Part shown: piece after piece, positions 11,515-24,154 of the stretch
Layout: each line of letters opens with the position of its first letter
How positions within the stretch are numbered: position 1 is the stretch's first letter
Origin: Squalus acanthias
Lineage: Eukaryota
DNA: 64,000 nt
Assembly (NCBI GenBank): GCA_030390025.1
Contig: CM059432.1
Coordinates: 138,572,001 to 138,636,000, forward strand
Reading direction: 5' to 3'
Position numbers and translations under genes: made by a program
The notes under the pieces: generated by a model
Seen by the model: only the letters and a program-made list of their open reading frames with translations
Told to the model about the DNA's origin: nothing
Database searches by the model: none

Positions 11515-12236
11515 GGCCCGTATTTTCCGATGCCTATGGGTGTGTACGGGCTGTGTACCCACCCGTAGGGACATCGGAAATGCCGGTTTCAGGCATGCAA
11601 AGCACTTGCGCTGAAAACCGGCATTTCCAATCTGGACGCCTGCCCTAGAGAAGGGCTTCTGCGGGGGGAGAGCTCTGCTTTCTGCAGAACCTCCGCCCGC
11701 TGAAAACCCTTAGAAATCTTACGCCTGCTTTTACCAGCATAAGAGTTGAAAAAAAGTTTATAAAAAAAAATTTTTTTTCACTCATTTATAATTTTAAAAT
11801 ACTTTTAAAAAAGGTAAGTTTAATTTTAGCCCCGTAAAAAAACTTTCATTAATTTTTTCAAAAAATTAAATTTTTGTTTAAAATATTTAATTTATTGTAA
11901 TTTTAACTCATTTTAAAAACGTGATGGTTTTTTAAAAATGTATTTAATGTTTTACTGTGTTTTTGGGGTGATCTCCATTCATATATTTGACGGGTCTATC
12001 TGTCAAAAGTATGAAGGGAGATTCCCTTCTCCTATTGGCTTGCCTGGCCCACGTGATCCCAGGGACGCTTGCGAACCGCCTGCGCCTCTGGAATACGTGG
12101 GTCCTGCGCATTTCGACTCTGGAGAGGCCCAGGAGCGGAAGTGTACGTACCTCGGGAGCCCTCAGGTAAGTTTGTAGATTTTTTTCCAATAGGAGGCCTC
12201 CTCACGCAGGAAGCCTCCTGTCGGAAATTACGGGCC
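11515..12236. mobile_element. Harbinger-type MITE with GC-rich arms and AT-rich core
   Basis: TIRs ggcccgtattttccga / tcggaaattacgggcc (15/16); flanks ATT/AAT. Internal sequence homologous in reverse to 24155-24918. Confidence 0.8.
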
Positions 12237-12834
12237 AATTAATGAGACATTACATAAGAAATAATGTTGATGTGATGTGTTGCAAAACACACTATGGAAT
12301 CATGCCTTGCTTTCCTCTACCCTCTTCAGAGAAACTAGCAGACACCGTAATCTTTTATTCAGTGATAATACATGGCTGCCTCTGAATAAAAGTCCCCAAA
12401 TACTGTACGGCCTCATGGAGCTTGACTAGGATTACTGTTAGAGCTGAGATTTTACACAACCACACAGTTTAAACTTATGTAAGATATTTTACTACAAGAG
12501 TGCGACATGTACTTTATCCCAACTGCAGATATTCATAAGGTCTTTATCATAAGTGAGATTAAAATCAGATTTCACCGCACAAGATGCACCATTCCCTGTA
12601 TCCGAACAGAGAAACTAATTGATAAATTTATAGTGCTTATTTTTTCCTTTTCTCAGGAAATTTCTGAATGTTTTTGCAAATGCAGCGGTGTTGGTCAGGC
12701 ATTGTGATGCTGCACAACTACCTTAGACTGTGAAAGTATAACATTTATGTAACCCGTATGAAGTCTATACTGCAGGTAGGTAAAATAACATGCTTATGTT
12801 ACATAGGCAAGGCACAACATATGGAACACCAGAG

Positions 12835-13258
12835 TAACAACAACAACTTGCATTTATACAGCGCCTTTAACGTAGTAAAACGTCCCAAGGTGCTTCACAG
12901 GAGCGATTATCAGACAAAATTTGACATAAGGAGATGTTAGGACAGGTGCTTGGTCGAAGAGGTAGGTTTTAAGGAGCGTCTTAAAGGAGGAGAGAGAGGC
13001 GGAGAGGTTTAGGGAGTGAATTCCAGAGCTTGGGGCCAAGGCAGCTGAAGGCACGGCTGCCATTGGTGGAACGATGGAACTCGAGGATGCTCAAGAGGCC
13101 AGAATTAGAGGAGCGCAGAGATTTCAAAGGGTTGTAGGGCTGGGGGAGGTTACAGAGACAGGGAGGGGGCGAGGCCATGGAGGAATTTGAAAACAAGGAT
13201 GAGAATTTTAAAATCGAGGCGTTGCTGGACCAGGAACCAATGTAGGTCAGCGAGCACA
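12835..13258 (-). mobile_element. L2-type LINE 3' fragment
   Basis: (CAA)n tail and LHWFLVQQRLDFKIL...LWNSLP on the minus strand. Confidence 0.85.
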
Positions 13259-13562
13259 GTACAATGTACGATACAAAACAAAATACAGAATAAAACACAA
13301 GCATAATGTGATGTGGCAATATACCATATACTGTAACAACAAGACAGCATAGGCCTTCTGATTTTCAAAAATTACTCTTTTCCTAAATTGAGCTGAAAGA
13401 TTTTGTTGAAATCAATTGCAAGCAAATATTTGCTTTTTGGGGTCAAAATCAAAACATTACCAGGAAAATCAGTAAAACAAATAAAATATTTAAACTAAAT
13501 AATAAATGCTTACAACTGTGTTCACAAAATGTGCGGCTAAAATGAGTAGACCCACATCACTT

Positions 13563-13870
13563 ATTGCCATCCCTAGTTGCCCGGGATACAAGTGAGTGGC
13601 TTGCTAGGCCCCTATTCCAGAAAGTTAAGAGTCAACCACATTGGTGTGGGACTGGAGTCACATATAGACCAGACCGGGGTAAGGACGGCAGGTTTCCTTC
13701 CCTAAAAGACGTCAGTGAACCAGTTGGGTTTGTACGACAATCTTGACAGCTTCACGGTCTCTTTTACTATTTCCAGCTTTAAAAGAAACTGAATTCAAAT
13801 TCTCAAACAGCCTATGGTGGGATTTGAACTCTCGTTCTCTAGATTATTAGTTTAGGCCTCTGGGTTAATG
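13563..13870 (-). mobile_element. tRNA-derived SINE, second family, sharing its tail with the LINE at 51950-53280
   Basis: B-box-like gagttcaaatcccacc; tail gggcaactagggatggcaat resembles the LINE tail gggcaattagggatggccaataaatg; homologous to 56825-57160. Confidence 0.7.
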
Positions 13871-14141
13871 TCCACGTACCCATGATGTGATGCAAGTGTT
13901 GGACTCTGTATCCATCAGTGCTGCCTGTTGGTGAGCAGAGAGGGTGAAGTATTCCTCCAGGCTAAACAGGGAGAGTGACTGGATGCATCACATCAGAACT
14001 GCAGTATATTGATGTTAATGTTTCTGGGTGTTATTGGATTCATGCCTAATTTGGGGATTCATCTTTCAGGAGGTAATTATCGCCTTTCATTGAGTCAACC
14101 GCAGCATAACCCATACCTTGACAGTGACACAGATTTTATCG

Positions 14142-14488
14142 AATCATAGAGTACAGGAGGAGGCCATTTGGCCCATCGTGCCTGTGCCGGCTCTTTGAAA
14201 GAGCTGTCCAATTAGTCCCACTCCCCCTGCTCTTTCCCCATAGCCCTGCAAATTTTTCCTTTTCAAGTATATATCCAATTCCCTTTTGAAATTTACAATT
14301 GAATCTGTTACCGCCACCCTTTCAGGCAGTGCGTTCCTGATCATAACAACTCACTACGTAAAAAAAAAAATTCTCCTCATCTCCCCTCTTTTTTTTGGCG
14401 AATTACCTTCAACCTGTGCCCTCTGGTTACCGACCCCCCTGCCAGTGGAAACAGTTACTCCTTATCTACTCGATCAAAATCCTTCATA
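14142..14488 (-). mobile_element. CR1 LINE 3' fragment
   Basis: RNALPERVAVTDSIVNFKRELDIYL and the CR1 3' UTR. Confidence 0.85.
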
Positions 14489-15118
14489 GCATAAAATAAT
14501 ATAATTTATTGTACATACGCTCATGACGGGGGACAGTTCCCAAAAGTTACAGGGTGCCATTTTCACACAACATTCACTTGGGCGGGAAGGGAAGCAGGGG
14601 CATGTGTTCTGCCTGTCCGAAGGAGACGACCTTGGGCCCCGTACTGTGTTTTGTGAGTGGTGCCCGGCCTCATTTAAATGGACACGGCAGTGAGCTGCCA
14701 GTGGGAAACGCACTCCTGAGAGGCAGCGCGCCAATCTAGGTGGCGGGAAATCTAGCCGAACGTCCAAATTTGATGGGCCTGTTGTGTCACTTCAAAGGGT
14801 AGGGGGATGCAAGCGTCATGACTGAGAAGGAAGCAGCGGCTTATCACGGCAGGATAAACATTCCACAGCCCCTATCGTAGCAAGGAGATTGAATACTGGA
14901 AGCTTTTAAGGCTCAAAATCCGTAAGCGACTGCCAGTAAAAGATGAGCGTCACTCCTGCTTCCAGCTGTCCCTGACGGCTGCTGAGGAGCCCTTTAAAGA
15001 ACACACAAAATGGCTGCCTTCCAGTTTCTACCACCCGTGGTTTGTGGGCGAGATCAGGAACTGGGGGTAGCAAGGAGGGCAGGGTGGAAACAGCATCACA
15101 GATCGTAAGTACGTCATC

Positions 15119-15484
15119 TGGCGTTGCCAACCCTCCAGGGTTGTCCCGGAGTCTGTAGGAATTAAAGACAGGACACTGCTACGAGCAAAAGCCCGGGGAA
15201 AAATCATAATGGGCAGTAAAGAAAATGGTGTGTGTTTTTTTTTTCATTTTATTTGAACGCTTTAATTTATTAGTTATAAAAATATTGGAGACAGGATAAC
15301 AAGGCTGTTTGACTTGACACTTAGGCATCATCCAATCAGGTAATTAAGAGCCTGTGCTGTTTCCAATTGGCTGTGGGAAGATGGGGTGCCACAAAGATGG
15401 ATGTGTGGGGGGCAGGGCGGTTGGGGATAGGAAGTGATGTGATGATACCTCCAGGAATATGTCCAACCAGAGTTGGCAACCCTA
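15119..15484. mobile_element. hAT-type MITE
   Basis: TIRs tggcgttgccaac / gttggcaacccta; 8-bp TSD acgtcatc / acgttatc (7/8). A truncated reverse copy lies at 42419-42650. Confidence 0.75.
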
Positions 15485-15499
15485 ACGTTATCTGACCCG

Positions 15500-15970
15500 G
15501 GCCTTAAAGGGTTAAATTATGAGGACAGGTTGCATAGACTAGGCTTGTATTCCTCGAGTATAGAAGATTAAGGGGTAATCTAATTGAGGTGTTTAATATG
15601 ATTAAAGGATTTGATAGGGTAGATAGAGAGAAACTATTTCCTCTGGTGGGGGGGGGAGTCCAGAACAAGGGGGCATAACCTTAAAATTAGAGCGAGGCCG
15701 TTCAGGGGTGATGTCAGGAAGCAGTTCTTCTTCAAAAGGGTGGTGGAAATCTGGAACTGTCTCCCCCAAAAAGCTGTTGAGGCTGGGTGGCGGGGGGGGG
15801 GTCAGTTGAAAATGTCAAAACTGAGATTGATAAATTTTTGTTAGGCGAGGGTATTAAGGGTTATGGAACCAAGGCGGCTAGATGGAGTTGAGATACAGAT
15901 CAGCCATTGATCTAATTGAATGATGGAACAGGCTCGAGGGGCCGAATGGCCTTCTCCTGTTCCTGTGTAT
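15500..15970 (+). mobile_element. CR1 LINE 3' fragment
   Basis: LKGLNYEDRLHRLGLY...RGNLIEVF...[11 protein letters not shown]; tail ggctcgaggggccgaatggcc. Confidence 0.88.
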
Positions 15971-17369
15971 TCATGCGGCTCCCTCCGGGAACATCTGGCC
16001 ACCTAGATTGAGATCCACTCAAAAATTGGTGATGGCGGACAACAAATGGTAAGTTAAGGGGAAGTTTGATAAGTACATGAGGGAGAAAGGAATAGACGGA
16101 TATGCTGATAGGGTTTAGATAGATAGTTTGATGAAGAGGGGTGGGAGGAGGCTCGTGTGGACCATAAATACTGGCAGTTGGGCCTAATTCCACCTCACAC
16201 TGCCGTGCGCACGCACTCCGATCTCACACTGCTATAGATGCACGCAGTGCCACAGACAGTGACAGACTGACATCACACAGTACAGTACTTGATAGATACT
16301 CTAAAATCATAGTGCCATTTTGCAAAGACATTCAAAACATTACATTTCCATTTACATTAAACACAGGCATTCCAACATCACACTGCCACTGACAGACATT
16401 TGACCAAAGCTTAAGTCTTTCTTTTTTTTAAAAAAAAACTTTCTGTGTTGCTGCCTTTAAGATGATATCACGTCGCATGGCTTGTGGATCATGTCCGTGA
16501 CTGCATTTGAGCATTGTACCCCACTCGGATTCCAGTTTTTGGAGATTCAAGCAATCCCAGAAGCCCAGTTAGGATATCCTGGAGACAGGCCATAGTATTC
16601 TGCCCGCTCTGGCATGCCTATTAAAAGGAAATCGCTCCTGCCAGAATAATTCTCCAAATCATCTATTTTGTTATCAAACCGCTGCTGCCTTCTCCCTTTT
16701 TCAGCGCATCAATTTCCCTTCAAGGCAGTTAATCAGTTTTCCATGCCAGACAGCCACTCCTCCAACTCTGCAATCCTGTTTCTGTTTTCTGTCAGTTTCT
16801 GTCGAAACAAGGCCATATGCCTCATCTGCTTTTTGATTTATGCAGCTTTCTGATAGTCTGATAGCTCCCTCTGGATCACAGCACATTCTAGAGGAGAGGC
16901 AGAGTCCGCTGAGCTGCCGGCGCAGGTGACAAGGGTTTCAGAGGCTGGTCAGGGCAGAATTTTTCCCACCACCACCCCCCCCCGATATGCTTCCCCATTT
17001 AGTTTCTCAACCTTCAGAAGGTGTAGGAGGTTTTAGCGAGGAGTATTCCTGTTGGACAAGACCTGAATTTTAAAGTGTGTAGGTTTGCATGGATGAAGTG
17101 CAAAGATAAACCAACAGGAGCCTCATTAATTTTACCAGTGCATCAGGTAATTTATTTTGTAGAACTTCCTGTTTATTTCATCTTCGTTCTTTATCTTCCT
17201 CTTTGTCTATTTTTCTCCCTCCTTCTGTTCTCCCTTTCCTTTCTTCAAAAAAAATCTCCTCATGTTCTTCCTCCTTAGGTGTTTCTTCCCTCTTATTTTT
17301 GGTTTGTGCAACTCCTATATCCTTTTCTTTTCCACTCGCACTGCCGATGATACCAGACTGGGTGTGACA

Positions 17370-18260
17370 ATTGGACATAATATGCAAATGTGTAGAACAA
17401 TGGCAGATGAAATTTAACACGAGCAAGTGCAAAGTATTGCACATAGAAAGAAAAACAGGCAGCGCGCACATAAGCCATGAACTGTGCTGAAATGGCTCAG
17501 GATCCAATAGTCCTAGGAGACTTGAACCTCAATATGTCCAACCACTGCAAAAACAGCAATCGATGAGCCAAAGAGAATGCTGAACTGTATATCCGAAAGT
17601 CCAAGGCTGAGGGGGTCATGCTCACGCTGTGGAGTGCTCTCGTCAGGGTACCCCTCGAGTGCTGTATCCAGTTTTTGATCACCAAGGTGCAATGGGAGAT
17701 ATGCAAGTGCTGGAGGCAGTTGAGAGAAGAGTCTTGAGGCCTAGGGTAGGAGAAACGACTGGAGAAACTTAGGCCTTTTCATCTTTGAACGGCGGCAAGT
17801 GAGGAGGTTTGTAAGATGGCACGCAGTATGGAAAAGGTAGATCCGGGAAATTACTCCAAACTAAATTACGCAAACACAACAACAACTTGCATTTATATAG
17901 CGCCTTTAATGCAGTAAAATGTCACAGGAGCGTTATCAGAGAAAGTTTGGTACCGAGACACATCAGGAGATATTAGGATAGGTGACCAAAAGCTTGGTCA
18001 AAGAGGTAGGATGAGGGAACACAAATTCAAAGTTGCAAAAGGCAAATATTATCAGGAAGTCCTTCTTCATATAACGAGTGATTAACACATGGAATGGATT
18101 ACCAGATAGAGTAGTGGAGGCGAATAACCTGGAATTATTTAAGAAACAATTGGATGGCGCACTGCAGGGGGGGGGGGTGGGGGACGTAGTACCTTTCTCG
18201 ATGGGAGAGCTAAAATGGGCCAAATGGCCTCCTTCCTCTGTATTTGTCTTGTATGATCTC
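17370..18260 (+). mobile_element. Old CR1 fragment interrupted by a short L2 3' end (17875-18010, minus)
   Basis: WQMKFNTSKCKVLH, LECCIQF and VINTWNGLPDRVVEA motifs. Confidence 0.7.
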
Positions 18261-19032
18261 GCCTCCTTAAACGTCGCAGCCCACTGTAGGGAGAGAAAGA
18301 GACAGATCCCTCAAAGTCCCGAGATTTCAGCCGTTAAAAAAAAAAATTCTCAGTGCAGTTCAATGGGGAATATGCTTAAGATTGTGGGGCAGGTTGGGAA
18401 CACCAGCAAAAACTTGCTTGGACTCCTCGCGATGGTTGCTGATTTTAATAGACTTTGGGAGCGTGGCAAGAAATCAGCCAAGGTGGCTGATGATTTCATC
18501 GGAAGCCACATTCACTGAACCCTTTATGACCAGCTCTTTTGTTTGTGATTTAAAGTTACATAATGATAGCGGCTGCTTTTGTTGATTCAACCTGGATGAT
18601 TCTTGCAAATCAGTCTATTTGTTTAATAATTTGATAACCAAATTAAGCATGTAAAAACTACAACGGCATAGTCAGAAGAGATGAAGAATGACGCTCCAAC
18701 CCTTTATTAACCGACCTGGTGTAACTGTCTATGAGAAAACACAATTTACAACTGACGCTTTTTGACTATGTCCACTTATTATTCTGTTGTTAATCGTCGA
18801 TAATCGATAGTAACAGCCCTGCATATACTCTGCTTATTAAAACATACCACAAAGATTATTTGAACGACATTAACATGAGAACATTGTTTTTTCAATAAAA
18901 TTAATATTGAAGTGAGGCAAGAAACTGCAGTCTGCCTTTATGCTATTAATTCAATCTTTGAAAATTTTTGTAACTGTTACGGGATAAGGATTTGAAAGTA
19001 TAAATTCTCAACTTGGTTTTTTGGCAATGTAT

Positions 19033-19740
19033 AACAACAACTTGCATTTATATGGCACCTTTAATGTAGAAAACGTCCCAAGGCATTTGAGAGAGGAGAA
19101 ACTGATGTTAAACAGCAGTAGGAGTTAGCCAATAGCTTCAGCCATGAGGTAAGTTTAGAGAAGGCTTTCAAAGGAGAGAAGTAGCACGGAGAGGTTTAGG
19201 CAGGGAGCTGCAGAGGGTGTGGAGGGAGGGAGTGGAATGAGGGAGGGAGAGAGTGGAGGGAGGGAGTGGAATGAGGGAGGGAGAGAGTGGAGGGAGGGAG
19301 TGGAGTGAGGGAGGAAGTGAGGGAGGGAAGGAGTGGGGTGGAGGGAGATAGTGGAGGAAATGAGGAAGTGGAGTGGAGGGAGGGAGTGAGTGGAGTGGAG
19401 GGAGTGGAGGGAGAGACTGAAGGGAATGGAGTGAGAGGAGGGAGGTACTGGAGGGAGTGGAGTGGAGGGAGGGAGGGAGGGATGGAGGGAGTGGAGGAAG
19501 GGAGGGATGGGATGGAATGAAGGAAGGGAGGGATGGAGGGAGTGGAGGGAGGGAGGGATGGAGGGAGTGGAGTGGAGGGAGGGAGAGATGGAGTGGAGGG
19601 AAGGAGGGAGGGAGGGAAGAATAAGTGCAAAGGAGGCCAGAATCAGATTATTGAAGGTCACGGACTGGCGTGTAGGGCTGGCAGAGGTTGCAGAGGTAGA
19701 GTACTGCAAGGCCATGAAGGGATTTGTAAATTATGATAAG
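19033..19740 (-). mobile_element. Degraded L2 3' fragment hosting an expanded simple repeat
   Basis: L2 tail at 19033-19210; L2 sequence resumes at about 19630 (aggccagaatcag...aaggccatgaagggattt). Confidence 0.65.
19215..19620 (+). repeat. Purine-rich (GGA/GGGA/GGAGT)n simple repeat
   Basis: About 400 bp made almost entirely of G/A with interspersed T. Confidence 0.95.
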
Positions 19741-20347
19741 GATAATCTATTATCGAACCCAAAACCACATCATATAATATTGCTCAAAAAAAGACATCAT
19801 TTATGTAGCATAATCTGTACCCTAACATCTACCTTAATGCTTGACTTTACTTAATAACATCAAATTTACATTTTTTAAGTCTTTATACCCTTGTTTCTCT
19901 TCATTATTTCAGCTCTCATAGCTTAGATCATTCTCACGGTGAGTTCCAAATTCTTATACCCTTGAGAGTGTCTATCCTTGCCTTGAGATCTAGGTAAGTA
20001 TTTAGTAATGTGCCCAGGAAATGAACAGCAAGCCCTGTCTGGTAATTATTATTTTTGACCCACTGAAATGTATAAGCTCTCCCTCCACTCTTCAAGAGCA
20101 GTAGAGCATCACATCAGACCTCATTTTAAATGTTAAATATTAAACAAATTCACTAAACAATGAACAAGCAAATAATCGGACAGTGATATAATTCAATTTT
20201 GCATTTGCAGTAGAAAGTGAAATCTAGACAAAGATTCCTCATTTTTTTTTCAAAACCACATACACTGTAACATAAGATAAGCTCATTCATAATTTGCATT
20301 TAAATAGTGACTTTAATGTAAAAAAAATGTCCCAAGATGCTTCACAG

Positions 20348-21305
20348 ACCTGTGCTCGCTGACGTACATTGTCTCCTGGTCTGTCAATGCCTCAGTTTTA
20401 AAATTCTCATCCATGTTTTCAATTCCTTCCATGGCCTCGCCCCTCCCTCTCTCTGTAACCTCCTCCAGCCCTACGACCCTCCCGAGATCTCTGCGCTCCT
20501 CCAATTCTGGCGTCTTGCACTTCCCCAATTTTAATCGTTCCACCATTGGCGGCCGTGCCTTCAGCTGCCGAGGCCCTAAGCTCTGGAATTCCCTCCCTAA
20601 ACCTTTCCGCCTCTCTACCTCTCTCCTTTAAGAGCCATAGAGGGAGTGCAGCGAAGGTTCACCAGACTGATTCCTGGGATGGCAGGACTGTCGTATGAGG
20701 AGAGATTGGGTCGACTAGGCCTGTATTCACTAGAGTTTAGAAGAATGAGAGGGGATCTCATTGATACCTATAAAATTCTGACAGGGCTAGACAGACTGGA
20801 TGCAGGGAGGATGTTTCCCCTGGCTGGGGGGTCTAGAACGAGAGGTCAAAGTCTCAGGATACGGGGTAGGACATTTAGGACTGAGATGAGGAGAAATTTC
20901 TTCACTCAGAGGGTGGTGAACCTGTGAAATTCTCTACCACAGAAGGCTGTGGAGGCCAAGTCACTGAATATATTTAAGAAGGAGATAGATAGATTTCTAG
21001 ACGCAAAAGGCGTCAAGGGGTATGGGGAGAGAGCGGGAATATGGTATTGAGATAGAGGATCAGCCATGATCATATTGAATGGCGGAACAGGCTCGAAGGG
21101 CCGAATGGCCTACTCCCGCTCCTATTTTTCTATGTTTCTAAGACGCTCCTTAAAACCTACCTCTTTCACCAAGCTTTTGGTCACCTGTCCCAATATCTCC
21201 TTATGTGGCTCGGTGTCAAATTTTGTCTGATAATACTCCTGTGAAGTGCCTTGGGACGTTTTACTACGTTAAAGGCGCTATATAAATACAAGTTGTTGCT
21301 GTTGT
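20348..21305 (+). mobile_element. L2 3' fragment split (20348-20633, 21139-21305) by a CR1
   Basis: L2 ctctcctttaagacgctcc is interrupted; TAAGA duplicated at 20629-20633 and 21139-21143. Confidence 0.85.
20634..21138 (+). mobile_element. Young 5'-truncated CR1 LINE
   Basis: VQRRFTRLIPGMAGLSYEERLGRLGLYSLEFRRMRGDLI...NFFTQRVVNL; 5-bp TSD TAAGA. Confidence 0.92.
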
Positions 21306-21329
21306 GTAATGAAATAAACACTGAGTCAG

Positions 21330-24130
21330 TCAGGGTAAAATTAGGAGGTGTAAGCTTAGTCAAAGGGATTTTTGTGAGAAGGTTTTTAAAGGTGGATGCA
21401 AAGGCGAAGAGGCTTTAAATGGAAAGTTGCAGAGTAGGTTCAAGGCAGCTAAAGGCTTGCCACTGGTGGTGGGCGAAGGGAGAGGGGGAGGGCGCTCAGA
21501 AGGTTGGAGTCACAGGAACAGAGTGTTCAAGAGGGATATAGATCTGGAGGTGATTGCAGAGGTAAGGTACAGTGAGCCCATGGAGGTACTTAAGGACACT
21601 GAGCAAGGATTTAAAATTTAATGTCTTTTGGGATGGGCAGCCAATGTACGTCAACAAGGGTGAGAGTGATTGGCGAGCAGGACTTACTGTAGGATAGGAT
21701 ACATGCAGCAGAGTCTTGGCGTTCATGGACAACGGGAGGCCAGCAAGGAAAACATTGGAGGAGTCAAGTCTGGGGTGGTGAAGGTATGTACAAGGGTTTC
21801 AGCAGTAGATGGGCTGAGGAGATGGGATGGAGGCGGGCAGTGTTGTGGAGATGAAAGTAAGTGGTCTTGGTGGGGAAATGTGGGGTCTAAAGCTCAGCCC
21901 AGGGCCAAACCAGGCAGCAACGTTGTGAACAGTCTGGTTCAGCCTGAGATAGTGACCTGGGGGGGCGGGATAGAGTTGGCATTTGTGGTGGGGGCTGAAA
22001 CCGATGGCTGATGTTGAGCTGCAGAGAGTTGTGACTCATCGAAGACTTGATGTCGGATAGGCAGTCTGACAGCACAGAGGCAGTCGAGGCTTTGAGAGAG
22101 ATTGTGGAGAGGTAGAGTTGGATGTCAACAGTATACATGTAAAGCTGACTCCATGCCTACAGATGATGTCGGTAAGGGGTAGAATTCAGATAAGGAAAGG
22201 GAGGAGGCCAAGGATAGATCCTTTGGGGAAACTCCAGAGGTGATGATGAAAGGTAGGGAAGATAAGCCATTACTGGAGATGCACTGACTATATTTGGATC
22301 GGTGGGAATGAAACCATGCATGGGAACTCCTTTGGAGCTGGAGGACAGAGGAGAGGCATTGAAGGGGGATAGCTTGGTCAACTGCTGTGTAAAGTTACAG
22401 GAGGGCAAAAGGGGATGATGCATCCTGGTGACAATCACAGAGGATGTCATTCATGACTTTGGCTGGGATATTTAAGTGATATGAAAAGGGTAGAAACCAG
22501 ATTAGCAGGATTCAAACAGAGAATTAGGGAGAGATGGACTCAAAGCAAGGTGGGGACAATAATATGTTCAAAGATCTTAGAGAGGAAAGGTAGGTTACAT
22601 ATGAGACAGTAATTGGAGAGGACGAATGGGTCATTGGTGGGTTTCTTGAGGAGTTAGGTGATGTTGGCAGTTTTGAAGGGGAGAGAGACAGTGCGTGAGG
22701 AAAGAGAATCTCGTTGATGAAGTCATCTAGCATGCGAATCAGAAAAGCGAGTTGAGTGGTCAGGAGTAGAGTGGGAAGGGAATTGAGGGAGTAGAGGTTG
22801 GGTCCCATCGATGAGATGACACTGGGGAGAGCAGGGGGGGGTCAGGAATAGAAGAAAAACTGCAATAAATGCCGGCCTTGCCACCGACGCCCACATCCCA
22901 GGAACTAATTTTTTAAAAAGGTGGGGTTCAGGCTAGGAGACTGGAAGGAGGTTGGGGGTGAGAGAAAGAGAGGAAACAGGGGAGGCTGTCTCAATCTTGG
23001 AGGCAAAAAACTTCATGTGCTTTTCTCGCGGTGTTTGAGGTGAAGGAAGAGGGGGCAGTGGAGAAGAGTTTAATGAGGTCATGCAAAAAAGGGTTGTCCT
23101 TGTCCTTCAGGGTGATCCTGGATTAGTTGACAGTTTTAGCTGAGAAGAGTGAAGCACAGTAATTCTTGACGAGCTTGAGCAAGATCTGGTGTTTGATAGC
23201 CCAGCCAGGTTTGCTTGAGGAACATTCAAGATAGCGCCTCTCTGTAGCAAGAAAGGACATGGGCTGCACCAGGTTACAGGGCTGGGAGACAGTGACTGAT
23301 TAGCTGGGAACAAGGACGTCAACAGGAGAGGCAAGGGAGAAGTCAAGTAACTTGACAGTGGCTGGGGCATCTTGATGAGGTGAGGGAGTTGAGAATTTGA
23401 CAGTGAAGTTGTAAAGGAGTTGGGCAGAGTCTATTTCCGTGGGCAGGTGTTGAGAATAGTGGGATCAGAGGAGGGTGGAGGGATGTGAGTTGTAAGGGAG
23501 AGGAAGAACTGGTCTGAGATTGCTTCATTGGAGATCAATGACGTAAGAAAACTACTAGGCACTTGGTCTAAGCGTTAAACAAAGCTTTAATCAACTGTTT
23601 TGCAACATGGAGGACTAGTTGTGTCCTTCACTAGTTTCTGTTAAGAATGTCCTGCGCAAGCTGGGACCGTGCCCGAGTATTTATACTCTCCCTGGACAGC
23701 GCCACCCGCAGGCTACTCAGTATTATTTCATAAGTCTTTATGACAGATTCATGTCAATCAATACTTCAGATGCAGAGAGGCCACATGAGGTGGGGAATTT
23801 GTGTGAAGGATGAGTTGAGAAAGGACAGAAGGGCAATGAAGGAATATAGGGAGTTAAGGTGTAGATTGAAATCTCCGAGAATGAAGAGCTGCAAGGTGCA
23901 GCATCTATGGCGGGGTGGGGTGGGGAGAGAAGGGGAGAACATCTTGGAAAGGGAGTTGGTACATGAGTTGGTGGGGAGTAAACGACAAGGATTTTAAATG
24001 AGGCGTGTGCGAGATGAAAGAAGATGACGTGCTCAATTTAGGAGGAAGTGTCAGGGGAGGAGGTTTAGGAGTGACTTGGCAATGAGGGCCGCACTCTCAC
24101 CACTATGAGAGGAGGTGGTGGGAAGTGTAG
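21330..24130 (-). mobile_element. Old, long L2 LINE remnant (RT region, heavily mutated)
   Basis: Minus-strand remnants of the GVPQGSILGP motif (about 22190-22240) and YADD-like MYTVDIQLYLS (about 22100-22140); contains later insertions. Confidence 0.7.
23539..23768 (-). mobile_element. Candidate solo LTR
   Basis: TG...CA termini with imperfect inverted ends (tgacgta / tacttca); on the minus strand TATAAATA is followed by ATTAAA; composition breaks from the surrounding L2. No clean TSD. Confidence 0.4.
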
Positions 24131-24154
24131 CTAAGCGGGGAGGCTTCTGTTAAT

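Noticed and set aside
14500..14760. Additional MITE (similar GC-rich remnants at 10800-11050 and 62034-62290)
   Set aside because: Only one TIR-like end recognisable in each and no TSD; not enough support to list.
19155..19854. Long ORFs rich in S/L/P/H or G/E/R/W
   Set aside because: Translations of the GGA-rich simple repeat.
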